In this document: positions 27,444 through 37,965 of the stretch, piece after piece
Numbering within the stretch: the first letter of the stretch is position 1
Layout: each line of letters starts with the position of its first letter
DNA from: Alcanivoracaceae bacterium
GTDB lineage: Bacteria > Pseudomonadota > Gammaproteobacteria > Xanthomonadales > Marinicellaceae
Direction: 5' to 3'
Length of the DNA: 64,000 bases
NCBI GenBank assembly: GCA_016763695.1
Contig: JAESTH010000158.1
Coordinates: 225-64,224, forward strand
The notes under the pieces: model-generated
The model's database searches: none
Told to the model about the DNA's origin: nothing
Seen by the model: the letters and a program-made list of their open reading frames with translations, nothing else
Made by a program: the position numbers and the translations under genes

Positions 27444-30049
27444 AGAAGGTTACGGGTCTATTATTGTTAAGTTGTGGTTTTTTTGTACAGGCACAAACCA
27501 TTGTTTCCTGGACTGAAGAGAATGGTACATTGGGCTTGGGTTACCCTGTTCCTATCCCGGTTAATACCATGGAAGCATTTGATGGTTTTCGAAGCTATGA
27601 TGGTTTGTTTGCCAAACACCAGTCAATGGCATTAAACAATCCATATATTACTGGTCAGATTGTTGGTCAAACACATTTTGATCGGGATATTTGGTCATAT
27701 GTACTCAGTGATGAAGATAACTTGACCCAGTATGGTGTTAAAGAAGGTGCCATGTTAATCAATGGTAATATTCATGCACGAGAGTGGCAGTCACCAGAAG
27801 TGCTCACGGGTATTATTGAATTGTTGGATGAAAACTCACAGGATCTTTCTTTACACCAGTTTCTATTAGAAAACACCACAATAGTGACGGTACCAGTTAA
27901 TAATGTTGATGGTTTAATACAAACTCAACGATTCCCTGATCAAAACTGGTTTAATCCCCAGGACAATAATGGCCCGCGAGATGGTCGTATGCGCCGGAAA
28001 AACATGTTAAATGTAGATGAGAACTTGTTGACTCAGTCGGATTATTTATTGGGGGTAGATCTCAATCGTAACAATAATCCTTTTTGGGCTACATCAAATA
28101 ACTCATCACCTATACCTTCATCAATAGTTCATCATGGTGCTTCTGCACAGTCAGAGCCAGAAACACAGGCACGGCTTAATGCTGCCAATTTAGTTGATGC
28201 TGACCAGGTGCGAGTTTATACTGATGTTCATTCATTTACCATGGTACATTTTTCGGTGAGAACTGGTAACCAAAGCAGAAATATTTTACAGGCGAGGTTA
28301 TTACAGGATTTTACTGGACATCATCGAGCCTTTCCTGCCGCAAAAAACTATGTTGACAACCCTAGTGGGCCAGACTTTGGTATTGGTTCTACCGATGAGT
28401 TTTTTGCTACAGTTTATGAGGTGCCTTCTTGGACATTAGAAATTGAACCATCAGGAAATGGAGGCATAGATTATGGTGGTTTTGGCCGTAATGGACATGA
28501 TGGCTTTATTTTGCCTGAGTCAGAAATTACTCGTGTGCGGGAACAATTGGCACAGTCATTCATGATTACCTGGTACGGACAGGCTGGGCCTCCTTCAATT
28601 ACTGAGTTGAAAATTGTAGAAAAGCAAACTTCTACTGTAATATATGATTCAGGCTGGGATATACAAGACAATGGCACCAGACAATTGCTTGAGAACGAAA
28701 TTGACAGTATCTTGCTTGGAGAAGAGTATAGTTTAATAGTCAGTTTTGATAAACCCATGCGCATTCGTGATGAAAATGGGCAGACGATACATTTACAAGG
28801 GCAATCTACCAACTCCAATGTGTTTCCACTCAATCCTAATATTACGGCCAATATCAATGGTAATTTTCTTGATCTTAATTTGTCTAATGGTCACTGGATA
28901 AATCAAAAATCAGCAGATGTGTTTTCTTATACATACTATAAAGACGATACATATTCTGTTGATTTCAGTATTCCTGTGGACGTGATTATTGATGAAGAAT
29001 CAAGACTAAGTTGGTCGATAGATGTGGCTGATATGATCATGCAGAAACTGGATGCTGATCCAGCAACGGTTGTTACCTGGGCAGATGGGCAATGGCAAAA
29101 TTATGAAAATAGTAATGGCCTGGCATCAATATCAGGTGGTACAGATAAGAGCTACTCAATGTCCGTGGCTGCATCAAGTGATCATGCTTTTAAAGCTTTT
29201 ATTCAACCCACAGGTCTATACTTTGATCCGCTGCGAAATGGTGAAGGTTTTTCATATGAACTGCTGCAAAATAATCTGGTTTGGTTACAATGGTTTACCT
29301 ATGATGGTCAAGGTAACCAGCGCTGGTATTCTGGCTTGGGAGAATATCATGGCAATACCATTGTGGTTAATAATCTGACTCAATCCAACGGTGGTATATT
29401 TGGTGAAGAGTTTGATCCTGAAAATATAACATTTGAAACTTTTGGTTCGATAAAAATAGTATTTTCTGGTGGGGAAGTCATTAATCCTGCTATTGGAGTT
29501 CATCAAATAGCCAGGTCGGCACAAGTACTTTTTACTGATGCCAGTGGTAGAAAACTGAGAACAGACCTGCAACAAATCAGTTTTGTAAAGGGAGCCATTA
29601 ATAATCTTGATTTCATTTTCCCAACTGTAGTTATAGAAGAACCCGTTGGTTTAATTACTGGTTCATGGTATGACCCACAGCGCAGTGGTGAGGGTTATAT
29701 CATCGAAATACTGGAAGACGAACGTGCCATATTGATATGGTATAGTTATGATTTGACAGGTAAACATATGTGGTTAATTGATTCGGAAGGAATTATAACT
29801 GTTGAGGGTAATGATATCACTCTGGACTTCAATAATGTTCAGGTAACTAATGGTGGTATATTTGGTGAAAACTTTAACCCAGATGATGTCAACACTCTCC
29901 CGTGGGGCACATTACATTTTGAGTTGAGTTGTCATGGTAGTGGTATAGTTAATTATTCTTCAACTATAGAGGGGTTCGGCTCAGGACAATACAATGTTTC
30001 GAAACTAACTAATCCTTTGTTACGTAACTTTGTCTGTGATGTTGAATAG
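27440..30049 (+). CDS. secreted M14-family zinc carboxypeptidase with large C-terminal extension containing a tandemly duplicated module
   Basis: Signal peptide. Zn-binding HxxE motif (NIHAREWQSPE). Two C-terminal homologous modules (FDPLRNGEGFSYELL ... WFTYD ... NGGIFGEEFDPE, and YDPQRSGEGYIIEIL ... WYSYD ... NGGIFGENFNPD). Confidence 0.75.
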   Translation: MKKVTGLLLLSCGFFVQAQTIVSWTEENGTLGLGYPVPIPVNTMEAFDGFRSYDGLFAKHQSMALNNPYITGQIVGQTHFDRDIWSYVLSDEDNLTQYGVKEGAMLINGNIHAREWQSPEVLTGIIELLDENSQDLSLHQFLLENTTIVTVPVNNVDGLIQTQRFPDQNWFNPQDNNGPRDGRMRRKNMLNVDENLLTQSDYLLGVDLNRNNNPFWATSNNSSPIPSSIVHHGASAQSEPETQARLNAANLVDADQVRVYTDVHSFTMVHFSVRTGNQSRNILQARLLQDFTGHHRAFPAAKNYVDNPSGPDFGIGSTDEFFATVYEVPSWTLEIEPSGNGGIDYGGFGRNGHDGFILPESEITRVREQLAQSFMITWYGQAGPPSITELKIVEKQTSTVIYDSGWDIQDNGTRQLLENEIDSILLGEEYSLIVSFDKPMRIRDENGQTIHLQGQSTNSNVFPLNPNITANINGNFLDLNLSNGHWINQKSADVFSYTYYKDDTYSVDFSIPVDVIIDEESRLSWSIDVADMIMQKLDADPATVVTWADGQWQNYENSNGLASISGGTDKSYSMSVAASSDHAFKAFIQPTGLYFDPLRNGEGFSYELLQNNLVWLQWFTYDGQGNQRWYSGLGEYHGNTIVVNNLTQSNGGIFGEEFDPENITFETFGSIKIVFSGGEVINPAIGVHQIARSAQVLFTDASGRKLRTDLQQISFVKGAINNLDFIFPTVVIEEPVGLITGSWYDPQRSGEGYIIEILEDERAILIWYSYDLTGKHMWLIDSEGIITVEGNDITLDFNNVQVTNGGIFGENFNPDDVNTLPWGTLHFELSCHGSGIVNYSSTIEGFGSGQYNVSKLTNPLLRNFVCDVE

Positions 30050-30100
30050 AGGGTTTGCTAGAGTGTTAAACCAACCGTAGAGACAAGGCATGCCTTGTCT

Positions 30101-33100
30101 CTACTCGTTAGTTTTTTGATTACAAATATTTTGGTATTTCTTTGGTGAAAAACCATATTGAGCCTTAAAACATTGTGAAAAGTATGACAGAGAGTTGAAA
30201 CCGCAATCATCAGATACTCTGCTGACCTGATATCCTGACTTTAATGATTTTGCAGCCTGTTTTAAACGGTAATCGCGCATTAAATCCATTGGATTCATGT
30301 CGATCAGGGCTTTTATTTTTCTTTGTAACTGCTTGATACTGACGGCCATATCACTGGCCATTTGTGGTCTCAAATAGAGTGGGTTATGGTAGTTTTCCAT
30401 GATTATATTATTGAGTTTATCTACAAACTCCTGATCTAATTTGGGTAAGTCTGTATTTGCAGAGCTTTTGCCTGTTTGTATGATTTTACCTGCTTTTTTC
30501 TTAATGATGTTACGAATAACCAGAATGTTTTCCAGTTGCAGCTTTAATTCATCTGCATCAAAGGGTTTGGTTAAATAGATATCTACGTGTTCTCGCCAGC
30601 CTCTGATTCTACTGGCTTTATCATCTAGTGCTGTTAACAGCATCAAAGGGATATGCGAGGTTCTGGTGTCTGAGCGTAAAGCTCTACTCACTTGGAAGCC
30701 ATCCATTCTAGGCATCATCACATCACATATGATCACATCGGGTACATGTTCAATAGCTAAAGCAACGCCATCCTTACCTGCTGCGGCAAGTAGACAATAA
30801 TAATTGTCCTTTAGGGTGTCGGCAATATGCACTCGCATATCCTGATTGTCATCAATAATCAAAATTGTTTCATTGTTTTTACTACCTTTATGTGTATCTT
30901 TCTGATCAGATAGTACGGAGTTTGTGGTGTCATTGACTAGTTGCCTAACTAAGAAATGTTTGCTGTCATCATTTGGTTCTTCAAAATCCAGATCAATTGT
31001 GCTGAAAGCAACTATAAAAGTACTACCAAAACCAACTTTGCTATCAATATTGATAGTGGCATTATTAACCTTCAGTACCTCTTTTACTACAGATAAGCCA
31101 ATGCCGACACCTTCTAAATTTTGATGAGCATCAAGACGTTTAAAACGGTTGAATATTTCAATCTGTTGTTGGGCATCTAAACCTGGACCTGAATCTTTAA
31201 CCTGAATGAATATTTGAGTTTTAGTAGTCTCTGCACTAACCGTTACTCGTCCGCCAATCGGAGTGTATTTAACGGCATTGGAAAGCAAGTTTCCTAATAC
31301 GATATCCAAGGCATTTTTGGTGACCTTTATTGTACCTCTGTCATTTTTTTCGAGTTCCAGAGCTATTTTTTTCTCACTGGCTAAAGGCTTAAATGAATCA
31401 ACAATGGCTTCAATGTGGCTGTGTGTATTGCAGGCGTTAAAAGTAATTTTCTGCTGATCACTGATTTTAGCCAGTTGTAACAATTGTTCAATCATGGTCA
31501 GCAAACGATTTGCATTTCTATTAATCATTTTTAATGAGTTAATATCACTGACACACAGCTTGGATTTTAAAAGTTTATTGACTGGACCTAAAATCAGAGT
31601 TAAAGGTGTGCGAAATTCGTGCGAAACATTGGCAAATAATTCGTTTTTTCTGGTCAATAATGTTTCTACCGTTTGTTTCTGTACCTGTAGTTCATCGGTC
31701 TTTTGTTGTAATGTCTTGGTTTTCTTCATGACTTCCTGTCGTAGCATATTGGTTAATTGGGCATTGGCTTTGGTTTTTCTGTGGATAAACCACCACAATA
31801 TAAGCAGAGTCGATAAAATATAGAGGCTCATTGCCCACCAACTTAACCATGGCGCGGGTAATACTTTTATTTTCAACGATTTGCCTATATTGTTCCAGAC
31901 TCCATCTTTGTTTGAGCCCCTGACTTTAAAGGTATAGTTACCTGATTTAAGATTTGAATAACTAATGCTACGATTATCCGCATTTACATAGTTCCAGTCG
32001 GGATCCTGACCTTCCATTTTATAGGCATATTTATTTCGACTGGGGTCTGCAAAATCCAAAGCCGCAAATTCAAATCCAATCACATAATCCTTATGGCTTA
32101 ATGTTAATTCTTCTAAATCACTTATGTCCTTATTGAGGATAAAATCATCATAGTTTATTCCTGTCTTAATTGGAGTTCCAAATCGGGTTAGTTCTGTTAA
32201 AGCAATCTTTGGTGCTTTTGTATTGATAATAATATCTTGGGGGTTAAATGCATTTAGACCATTACGTCCACCAAAAATAAGTTTCCCAGAAGGAGTTTTA
32301 TAGGATGAAGATTTAGTAAAAAAGTTACTTTGTAAACCATCACTTTTACGAAAGGTATGTGTTTCCTTTGTTGCTAAATTTATATGCTTTAATCCATTAT
32401 CTGTACCTAACCATAAATTGCCATTATTATCTTCTTCTATACTATTGATGGTTATATTTTTTGAGATTCCTTGTTTTTCGGAATAGTGTAAAAGTAATTT
32501 TTCTTTTTCATCGAAATGAAATAGACCGTGTTTAGCTGTACCTATCCACAATTCATTATCATTATTAATGAATATAGATTGAATTTCAGTTTGGGGTAGT
32601 TGACTCTGTATTTTTTTATAAATACTTAATTTTTCATCTTTGCTTAATTTATAAACTCCACCTTTGCCGATAAGTATATGTGCTCCATTTTTGTCAATGG
32701 CAATATCAGAAAAGTCGAGCTTCTCAGTTTGGCTGTTTGTGAGTTTTATTTCCGCTGTGATGTTGTTTTTGATCGTATATTTATACAATCCCTGATTGGT
32801 TCCCAGTAATAGCATATCATGCCTGTATTTTTTGGCAAAGTATGTCCTTATTTTTGTATTATTATTTAACCCGTTCATTTCTCCAGTTATTTTGTTAAAT
32901 AGGATCAACCCTCTGGCAGTAGGTAACCAAAGCATGTTGTCCTTATATTCGATAATATCATATACGATTGTGCGTGAAGATGACTTGTTTCTATGGTCAA
33001 CAGATCCATAAAATTCACATATATTTTTCTCTTTATTGAATTTTATTAAACCATTTTGGCTGGCTACCCATAAATTTTTCTCTAAATCTTGATGGAAACC

Positions 33101-34168
33101 ATAGAAAACATTGTTATCAGAGCAACTAATACTATTTTTTGAGTCTGTTTCCAAACCAAAATTTAAAGTATTAAGATCTAGATAATTAACACCATCATTG
33201 AAAGTCCCAATCCACAAAATACCAGAATTGTCGATAAAAAGAGATAAGATAATATTGTCTGATATCGAGGTGTTTATATGCGAATCATACTCATAATTAT
33301 TTATACTGCTGTCATTCTGTGATATTTTAAATAGACCACTATAAATTGTACCAACCCAAATGTTAAATGCATCTGAGGTAATAGTGAATACGACTTGTTT
33401 TAATATTTTAGGTTTAAACTGGGAGAATGTTTTTTCCGTTGCTGTTTTTCTGAATAATCCCTTATGTGTTCCTACCCAGATAGTATTAAATTGATCTTTG
33501 TGGATTACATTGACAGGTAAATATCCTTTGTTTAAAGATAATTTCTGTCGTGATATTTTCTTTGTTTTACTATTTAATGAAAACAATCCTATGCTGGTGC
33601 CAATTAAAAGCGTTTCTGAGTCTTCCCATAATAACGTTTTAATGGGTTTTGTTAGAGTTCCAACCCCATCAATCACGATTGGATGGCGAGTAAATTTCCG
33701 TGTTTCAGACATAAATGTAAGGCCATTATCTGTACCAATCCATAATCCAGAATCTTTATCTGCTATTAAAGTAGAAATTGAACTTGAGCCAATTGTATTT
33801 CTGTCGTTTTCCTTATATTGATATCTTTGTATTTTTCCATGATCATAGCAAATTAAGCCATTATTCTTAGTGCCTATCCATAATGTATTCCTTACATCAA
33901 TATGCATGGTAACAATTTCTATTGGTTTAGAACTATTGTTAATATTTATGGATTCAAGTTCGTTGCCATTGAATTTGAACAAACCTGCATCTGCTGTAGC
34001 TATCCAAATGTATCCATTTTTATCCTGTAGTATTTTTTTAACGACCTGAATAGGGGTGTTGTCAATGGAGTTTATGAGCTTATTAAATTTCACAACCACT
34101 GCATAACTACAATTCATTGCTAATATAAAAAAAACAAATACAGCTTTACGACTAAGTATAATTGACAT
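30101..34168 (-). CDS. hybrid two-component system protein: periplasmic beta-propeller (Reg_prop repeats) + Y_Y_Y domain + histidine kinase + receiver + AraC-type HTH
   Basis: Many W(I/V)GT..GL propeller repeats. Y_Y_Y region YAYKMEGQDPDWNYV ... GNYTFKVRGSNKDGVWN. A TM segment. H-box SHEFRTPLT. ATPase motifs (DSGPGL, GVGIGLS). Receiver domain (ILIIDDNQD ... CDVMMPRMDG ... KPF). C-terminal AraC HTH (SLSYFSQCFKAQYGFSPKKY). Confidence 0.85.
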   Translation of the reverse strand: MSIILSRKAVFVFFILAMNCSYAVVVKFNKLINSIDNTPIQVVKKILQDKNGYIWIATADAGLFKFNGNELESININNSSKPIEIVTMHIDVRNTLWIGTKNNGLICYDHGKIQRYQYKENDRNTIGSSSISTLIADKDSGLWIGTDNGLTFMSETRKFTRHPIVIDGVGTLTKPIKTLLWEDSETLLIGTSIGLFSLNSKTKKISRQKLSLNKGYLPVNVIHKDQFNTIWVGTHKGLFRKTATEKTFSQFKPKILKQVVFTITSDAFNIWVGTIYSGLFKISQNDSSINNYEYDSHINTSISDNIILSLFIDNSGILWIGTFNDGVNYLDLNTLNFGLETDSKNSISCSDNNVFYGFHQDLEKNLWVASQNGLIKFNKEKNICEFYGSVDHRNKSSSRTIVYDIIEYKDNMLWLPTARGLILFNKITGEMNGLNNNTKIRTYFAKKYRHDMLLLGTNQGLYKYTIKNNITAEIKLTNSQTEKLDFSDIAIDKNGAHILIGKGGVYKLSKDEKLSIYKKIQSQLPQTEIQSIFINNDNELWIGTAKHGLFHFDEKEKLLLHYSEKQGISKNITINSIEEDNNGNLWLGTDNGLKHINLATKETHTFRKSDGLQSNFFTKSSSYKTPSGKLIFGGRNGLNAFNPQDIIINTKAPKIALTELTRFGTPIKTGINYDDFILNKDISDLEELTLSHKDYVIGFEFAALDFADPSRNKYAYKMEGQDPDWNYVNADNRSISYSNLKSGNYTFKVRGSNKDGVWNNIGKSLKIKVLPAPWLSWWAMSLYILSTLLILWWFIHRKTKANAQLTNMLRQEVMKKTKTLQQKTDELQVQKQTVETLLTRKNELFANVSHEFRTPLTLILGPVNKLLKSKLCVSDINSLKMINRNANRLLTMIEQLLQLAKISDQQKITFNACNTHSHIEAIVDSFKPLASEKKIALELEKNDRGTIKVTKNALDIVLGNLLSNAVKYTPIGGRVTVSAETTKTQIFIQVKDSGPGLDAQQQIEIFNRFKRLDAHQNLEGVGIGLSVVKEVLKVNNATINIDSKVGFGSTFIVAFSTIDLDFEEPNDDSKHFLVRQLVNDTTNSVLSDQKDTHKGSKNNETILIIDDNQDMRVHIADTLKDNYYCLLAAAGKDGVALAIEHVPDVIICDVMMPRMDGFQVSRALRSDTRTSHIPLMLLTALDDKASRIRGWREHVDIYLTKPFDADELKLQLENILVIRNIIKKKAGKIIQTGKSSANTDLPKLDQEFVDKLNNIIMENYHNPLYLRPQMASDMAVSIKQLQRKIKALIDMNPMDLMRDYRLKQAAKSLKSGYQVSRVSDDCGFNSLSYFSQCFKAQYGFSPKKYQNICNQKTNE

Positions 34169-34343
34169 TATAATAATTATCTTTAAGAAGGGGAAAATAA
34201 GGAGTACTTATTTTAAATGATAAATTTGGATAAAGCTATGGGGTAGCCACATTTGTTTAATGGTTAATGGCTGGCTTAGACCTGTTTAGAATGATTAGTA
34301 AGCTATATGAAGTGTCATATAACTCACTAATCACATTGAAATT

Positions 34344-34592
34344 TTAATTAATTGGTTTTATTTCTATTAAACATTCTGGATCATTAATTGTATAATGAGG
34401 GTCGAAAACGGTTTCTTCGTGACCGCCTGGATCTGGGCAAGATATGGCACTGGTAGCCAATTGGTAGAATACGCTGTTATGGTAGCAGGCATTTTGCATT
34501 GGGCCTCCTATTTCTCCAAAAGATTTACTGATACCAAAATAAACGGTAGTTGATAACAATATTGCAATTAATAATATTTTGTATGCTTTCAT
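34344..34592 (-). CDS. small secreted or membrane-anchored Cys-containing protein, unknown function
   Basis: 82 aa with N-terminal hydrophobic segment KILLIAILLSTTVYFGIS and three Cys. GGGA lies 5 nt before the ATG. It is preceded by the same upstream motif as the precursor gene. Confidence 0.55.
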   Translation of the reverse strand: MKAYKILLIAILLSTTVYFGISKSFGEIGGPMQNACYHNSVFYQLATSAISCPDPGGHEETVFDPHYTINDPECLIEIKPIN

Positions 34593-34645
34593 ATTTTTCC
34601 CACGTTATAAAAAGAAAAACAAATATAGCTAATTTCGTATGCAAG

Positions 34646-34698
34646 ATCAACCACATGTCCCAGATTTAACTTTTTATGTCCCAGCATATAAAAAAATC
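34646..34698 (-). promoter_or_regulatory. upstream regulatory motif copy A: two 9-bp direct repeats (CTGGGACAT on the minus strand) separated by 12 bp, flanked by conserved sequence
   Basis: On the plus strand ATGTCCCAG occurs at 34655-34663 and at 34676-34684. The whole ~52-nt block aligns with 38349-38399 upstream of the precursor gene. Confidence 0.55.
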
Positions 34699-34713
34699 AT
34701 AAGCTATGAACTT

Positions 34714-37700
34714 TTAACCAAATCCAGCAACGACTTCTTTTCCAATTTTAAAGTCTCTGGCTATCACTGTTCTACTATAACGTGCTAAATAATGGTAAAT
34801 AATCCATTCATTGGCTCTGGGGTTGATGGTAAATATTCTATTACAATCCATATGAATAATACTTTGGATGACTGTTAAAATATCATTCTTATTGATATGA
34901 CATAAACTTTTTAGATTATTTAAGGCATCGTTATATTGAGGGATTATTATTGTGTTTATTTGTTTATTTTGAGAAACATAATAATCAGGTTTTAAACATG
35001 TTGCTACATCTTGCATGGATTGGCGATAATTGTTGCTGAGTTTCTTTCTGCTTGTTGGAGTGCTGCCAAATTCCTGATCATAGGATGCTGCCACTTTTTT
35101 ATAAAACAGTTCCATCTGTTGTAAAGAGTCACAAGCGCCTAGTGCTAACTTCCATGCCAAATGCAGGCACATTTTCCATCTGAGTTCATTTTTATCGCGA
35201 TGTAGTGATGTATTGTTAATAACATCAGTAACAATAACGCTGTTTAAATAAAATAATTCTTCACAGACTGGTAAAATTTCCGTACCACCATATCGGGTTA
35301 TTTCTGGTATGTAACTTTCTTCATTTATTTTTTTGATCAGTCCCTGCGTATATAAAACTCTGAGTGGTTTATATAAATATTTATTCAGCTTAACAGTCTC
35401 AAAATCTGTGTTGAGCTTAAAGCGAGCTCTGATGTGGAAATCAGGGTCGTGGTAACGAATAAAAAACCAGCTATCAATGATGCCTTCTACTATAAGCTTA
35501 TGTGCCAATGGAGCAATATTTTTAGCAATAAGCTTATCTGCACTGGCCTCACCCGTATATATTTTTAAATACTTCCATTTTTCCCCAGGCAAGGATGTGT
35601 TATTTTTGAGGGCTCTGATATTAAGCTGTTGACTGTTAAAATTAATAATGGGTTTAAGTTCGGTAGTTGATTGCACATATGTTGGAATAATAAATTCATG
35701 ACGATAAACTTTGTCATCGTGCTGAAATTGTTTGTCTGAACGACCTTTAACCGATTCACATAAGGTGACCATCGATTTGTTTTTTATTTCATTAATAAAA
35801 AGTAACATGGAAAAAGGCGATTCCAGATCAAATTCCAGAACATTATCTCCTTCTGTCAGGGCAACATACTGGGTGATTGCTTTTTCATGTTTAAGATTTT
35901 TTAACGCCTCTAGCTTGCTATCTATACTGCTTTTTTTATGTAACACCTGCATTTCTGATCTGTTGAGTAACCACCTTCTTTCTGAGATAATAAGGTTGTC
36001 AACCCTGATTTCTGGTATATATGGTAGTGTGGTAAAGACTGTATTTAAGGACATCCCAGTCATCCAGCCATCTACGCCTTGCATGGCATGTAAAAACTGG
36101 TATATCGGTAGATTTAATCCACGGGTATTGTGAGCAGAAGCCAGGCGGGGCTTGATCTCCATCTTTAATTTTTTTGAATATAGACATAAGCGACCATTAA
36201 TGGCTTTTAAATACAGGTCTTCACATTTGATCTGTTTGTCATGGCTTAGGCCTGAATCACCTGGGCCATATACGATTTCATATTCTCTGAGGCTGGGGCG
36301 ACATGAAACATTTGCTGTTATTGCCTGTTGTACATGTACAATTTCTGCGAAAATAGCGTGAGGATTGTTCTTCTTTTCTTGTTGTGCGATTTTTCTACAT
36401 TCTGTAGTTAAAGTGTCATCACCGCAACAGAATCGACCCAAAAGCATAAGGGCAGAGGGGCCAAATATACTTTTGATCTGAAATAAAGGTTCATTGTCAT
36501 CACCTTCAAGTATCATTCCGTGTATTGATGCCGAGCCATCAAAACGATTTTTTGGTTTGGGCAGAAATATTTTATATTTATCGATTTCATGGCTGTTAAT
36601 TTGTACAACTTTATCATTATTACTGATGGCAGCAATGATTCTTCTGATCAAGAATTGATCTAATGGTCGCCAGTCTGTGTTTTTGCTATGATTATGCTTG
36701 TGTGGAATGACACCATTTAACAGGGGCGAACTTCCTCCTCTTGTTTGCCCAAAAGGGATGCCATTATCTATATCCAGGGCTTCTAAAAGTGAAACTTCTG
36801 CATCACCATAACACTCAACAAAATTTTTGGTAAAATTTTCTAGCAGCTGATTGGGTTGCCAAAAATATTGGGCCATAGAATTAATGGTTTTCAAAAGTGA
36901 TTGTATTTTATTTACATCCATGGCAAAATTCTGACCAGATCTGAAGGAGTCAACATGCAACCAGCGTTTCATTTCATAATCAGGCAATAATAGGCTCAAT
37001 ATCTGTTTAGCCTTCTTCAGATTGTCATTGCTATGGGCATCATGTAAAGATGATATGGAGCCCAATAACTGTAAAATTTCAGCCATCTTTGTGCTGATAT
37101 CATGATTGAGTTGGGATGCTTCTAGCCTCTGATGAAGGGCTTTAAATGAGTTCTTTGAACTAACAACAATGGTTAGATTACTTTCTAATAACTGATTGTT
37201 GATTAAATCAAAAACAAAGTCGCTTAACTGCGAGATCTTAACATCTGGATAAATAGTTGTTAGTTTACTAACGAGATTTGCAACCGTAACCCAAATTGAT
37301 GCCATGCTTAATGTTTGTTTTATGGCTTGGCTAAAGGTGACTGAATCCAATTTAAAATCATTCAGTTTATTGACTGTGTTTTTTGCCACAAAGCGTACTT
37401 CATCAGCAATGGTATACAGGCTGCTGTTTTTTCTTATCTTCAGGTTTACATTTCTGCTTTCGATAGCTAAAACCTCTGCCTGTTTGGCAATTTCCAGTAC
37501 ACAGGCATTATCTACCCTTAAATATAGTCTTTGTTCAGGATTAATGTCCATAATTGCCGGCTCTTTATTTGTAACTGTCATAACACTGGAGAATGCACCA
37601 AATGGAGTGGAGCGTGTAGACATACGCACCAGATATTTATAGATTGATGCAGCTAACTTTAAGTTTTCTATTGTTAATTCATCTGTCAAATCGGTGATTT

Positions 37701-37920
37701 TTGCTGCTAAGTTTTCTGAAGCAAACTCAATGGCCTGAACAATATTTTTGTTATTGCTCAATTTGATTAATTGACGTAAAGACTGTCTGATACTTGCTTC
37801 ATTATTTTCTTTGCTCTCAAGATGTTCATCATGCTGCGCTAATACATCTATGGTATTTTCTGGTAAGTACGGAAGCCGAAAAACCGAAAAACCTAATTGT
37901 TTAATTGCCCATTCTGTCAT
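34714..37920 (-). CDS. full-length class I lanthipeptide dehydratase (LanB family: N-terminal glutamylation domain + C-terminal SpaB_C/elimination domain)
   Basis: 1068 aa. R99-x3-R103-x-T105-PFG (VRMSTRSTPFGAF) has the spacing of the NisB Arg/Arg/Thr glutamylation motif. The C-terminal domain carries KYLKIY ... WFFIRYHDPDFHIRARFK, typical of the elimination domain. Confidence 0.85.
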   Translation of the reverse strand: MTEWAIKQLGFSVFRLPYLPENTIDVLAQHDEHLESKENNEASIRQSLRQLIKLSNNKNIVQAIEFASENLAAKITDLTDELTIENLKLAASIYKYLVRMSTRSTPFGAFSSVMTVTNKEPAIMDINPEQRLYLRVDNACVLEIAKQAEVLAIESRNVNLKIRKNSSLYTIADEVRFVAKNTVNKLNDFKLDSVTFSQAIKQTLSMASIWVTVANLVSKLTTIYPDVKISQLSDFVFDLINNQLLESNLTIVVSSKNSFKALHQRLEASQLNHDISTKMAEILQLLGSISSLHDAHSNDNLKKAKQILSLLLPDYEMKRWLHVDSFRSGQNFAMDVNKIQSLLKTINSMAQYFWQPNQLLENFTKNFVECYGDAEVSLLEALDIDNGIPFGQTRGGSSPLLNGVIPHKHNHSKNTDWRPLDQFLIRRIIAAISNNDKVVQINSHEIDKYKIFLPKPKNRFDGSASIHGMILEGDDNEPLFQIKSIFGPSALMLLGRFCCGDDTLTTECRKIAQQEKKNNPHAIFAEIVHVQQAITANVSCRPSLREYEIVYGPGDSGLSHDKQIKCEDLYLKAINGRLCLYSKKLKMEIKPRLASAHNTRGLNLPIYQFLHAMQGVDGWMTGMSLNTVFTTLPYIPEIRVDNLIISERRWLLNRSEMQVLHKKSSIDSKLEALKNLKHEKAITQYVALTEGDNVLEFDLESPFSMLLFINEIKNKSMVTLCESVKGRSDKQFQHDDKVYRHEFIIPTYVQSTTELKPIINFNSQQLNIRALKNNTSLPGEKWKYLKIYTGEASADKLIAKNIAPLAHKLIVEGIIDSWFFIRYHDPDFHIRARFKLNTDFETVKLNKYLYKPLRVLYTQGLIKKINEESYIPEITRYGGTEILPVCEELFYLNSVIVTDVINNTSLHRDKNELRWKMCLHLAWKLALGACDSLQQMELFYKKVAASYDQEFGSTPTSRKKLSNNYRQSMQDVATCLKPDYYVSQNKQINTIIIPQYNDALNNLKSLCHINKNDILTVIQSIIHMDCNRIFTINPRANEWIIYHYLARYSRTVIARDFKIGKEVVAGFG

Positions 37921-37965
37921 AAAAAGTGTGCCTTATATATTGTTACATTATTAATTTAATTGAAA

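Noticed and set aside
34639-34653. Sigma-54-like TGG...TTGCA string (minus strand TGGTTGATCTTGCAT) just downstream of motif copy A.
   Set aside because: The spacing between the GG and GC dinucleotides is 2 nt shorter than the -24/-12 consensus. The string is also not conserved in motif copy B.
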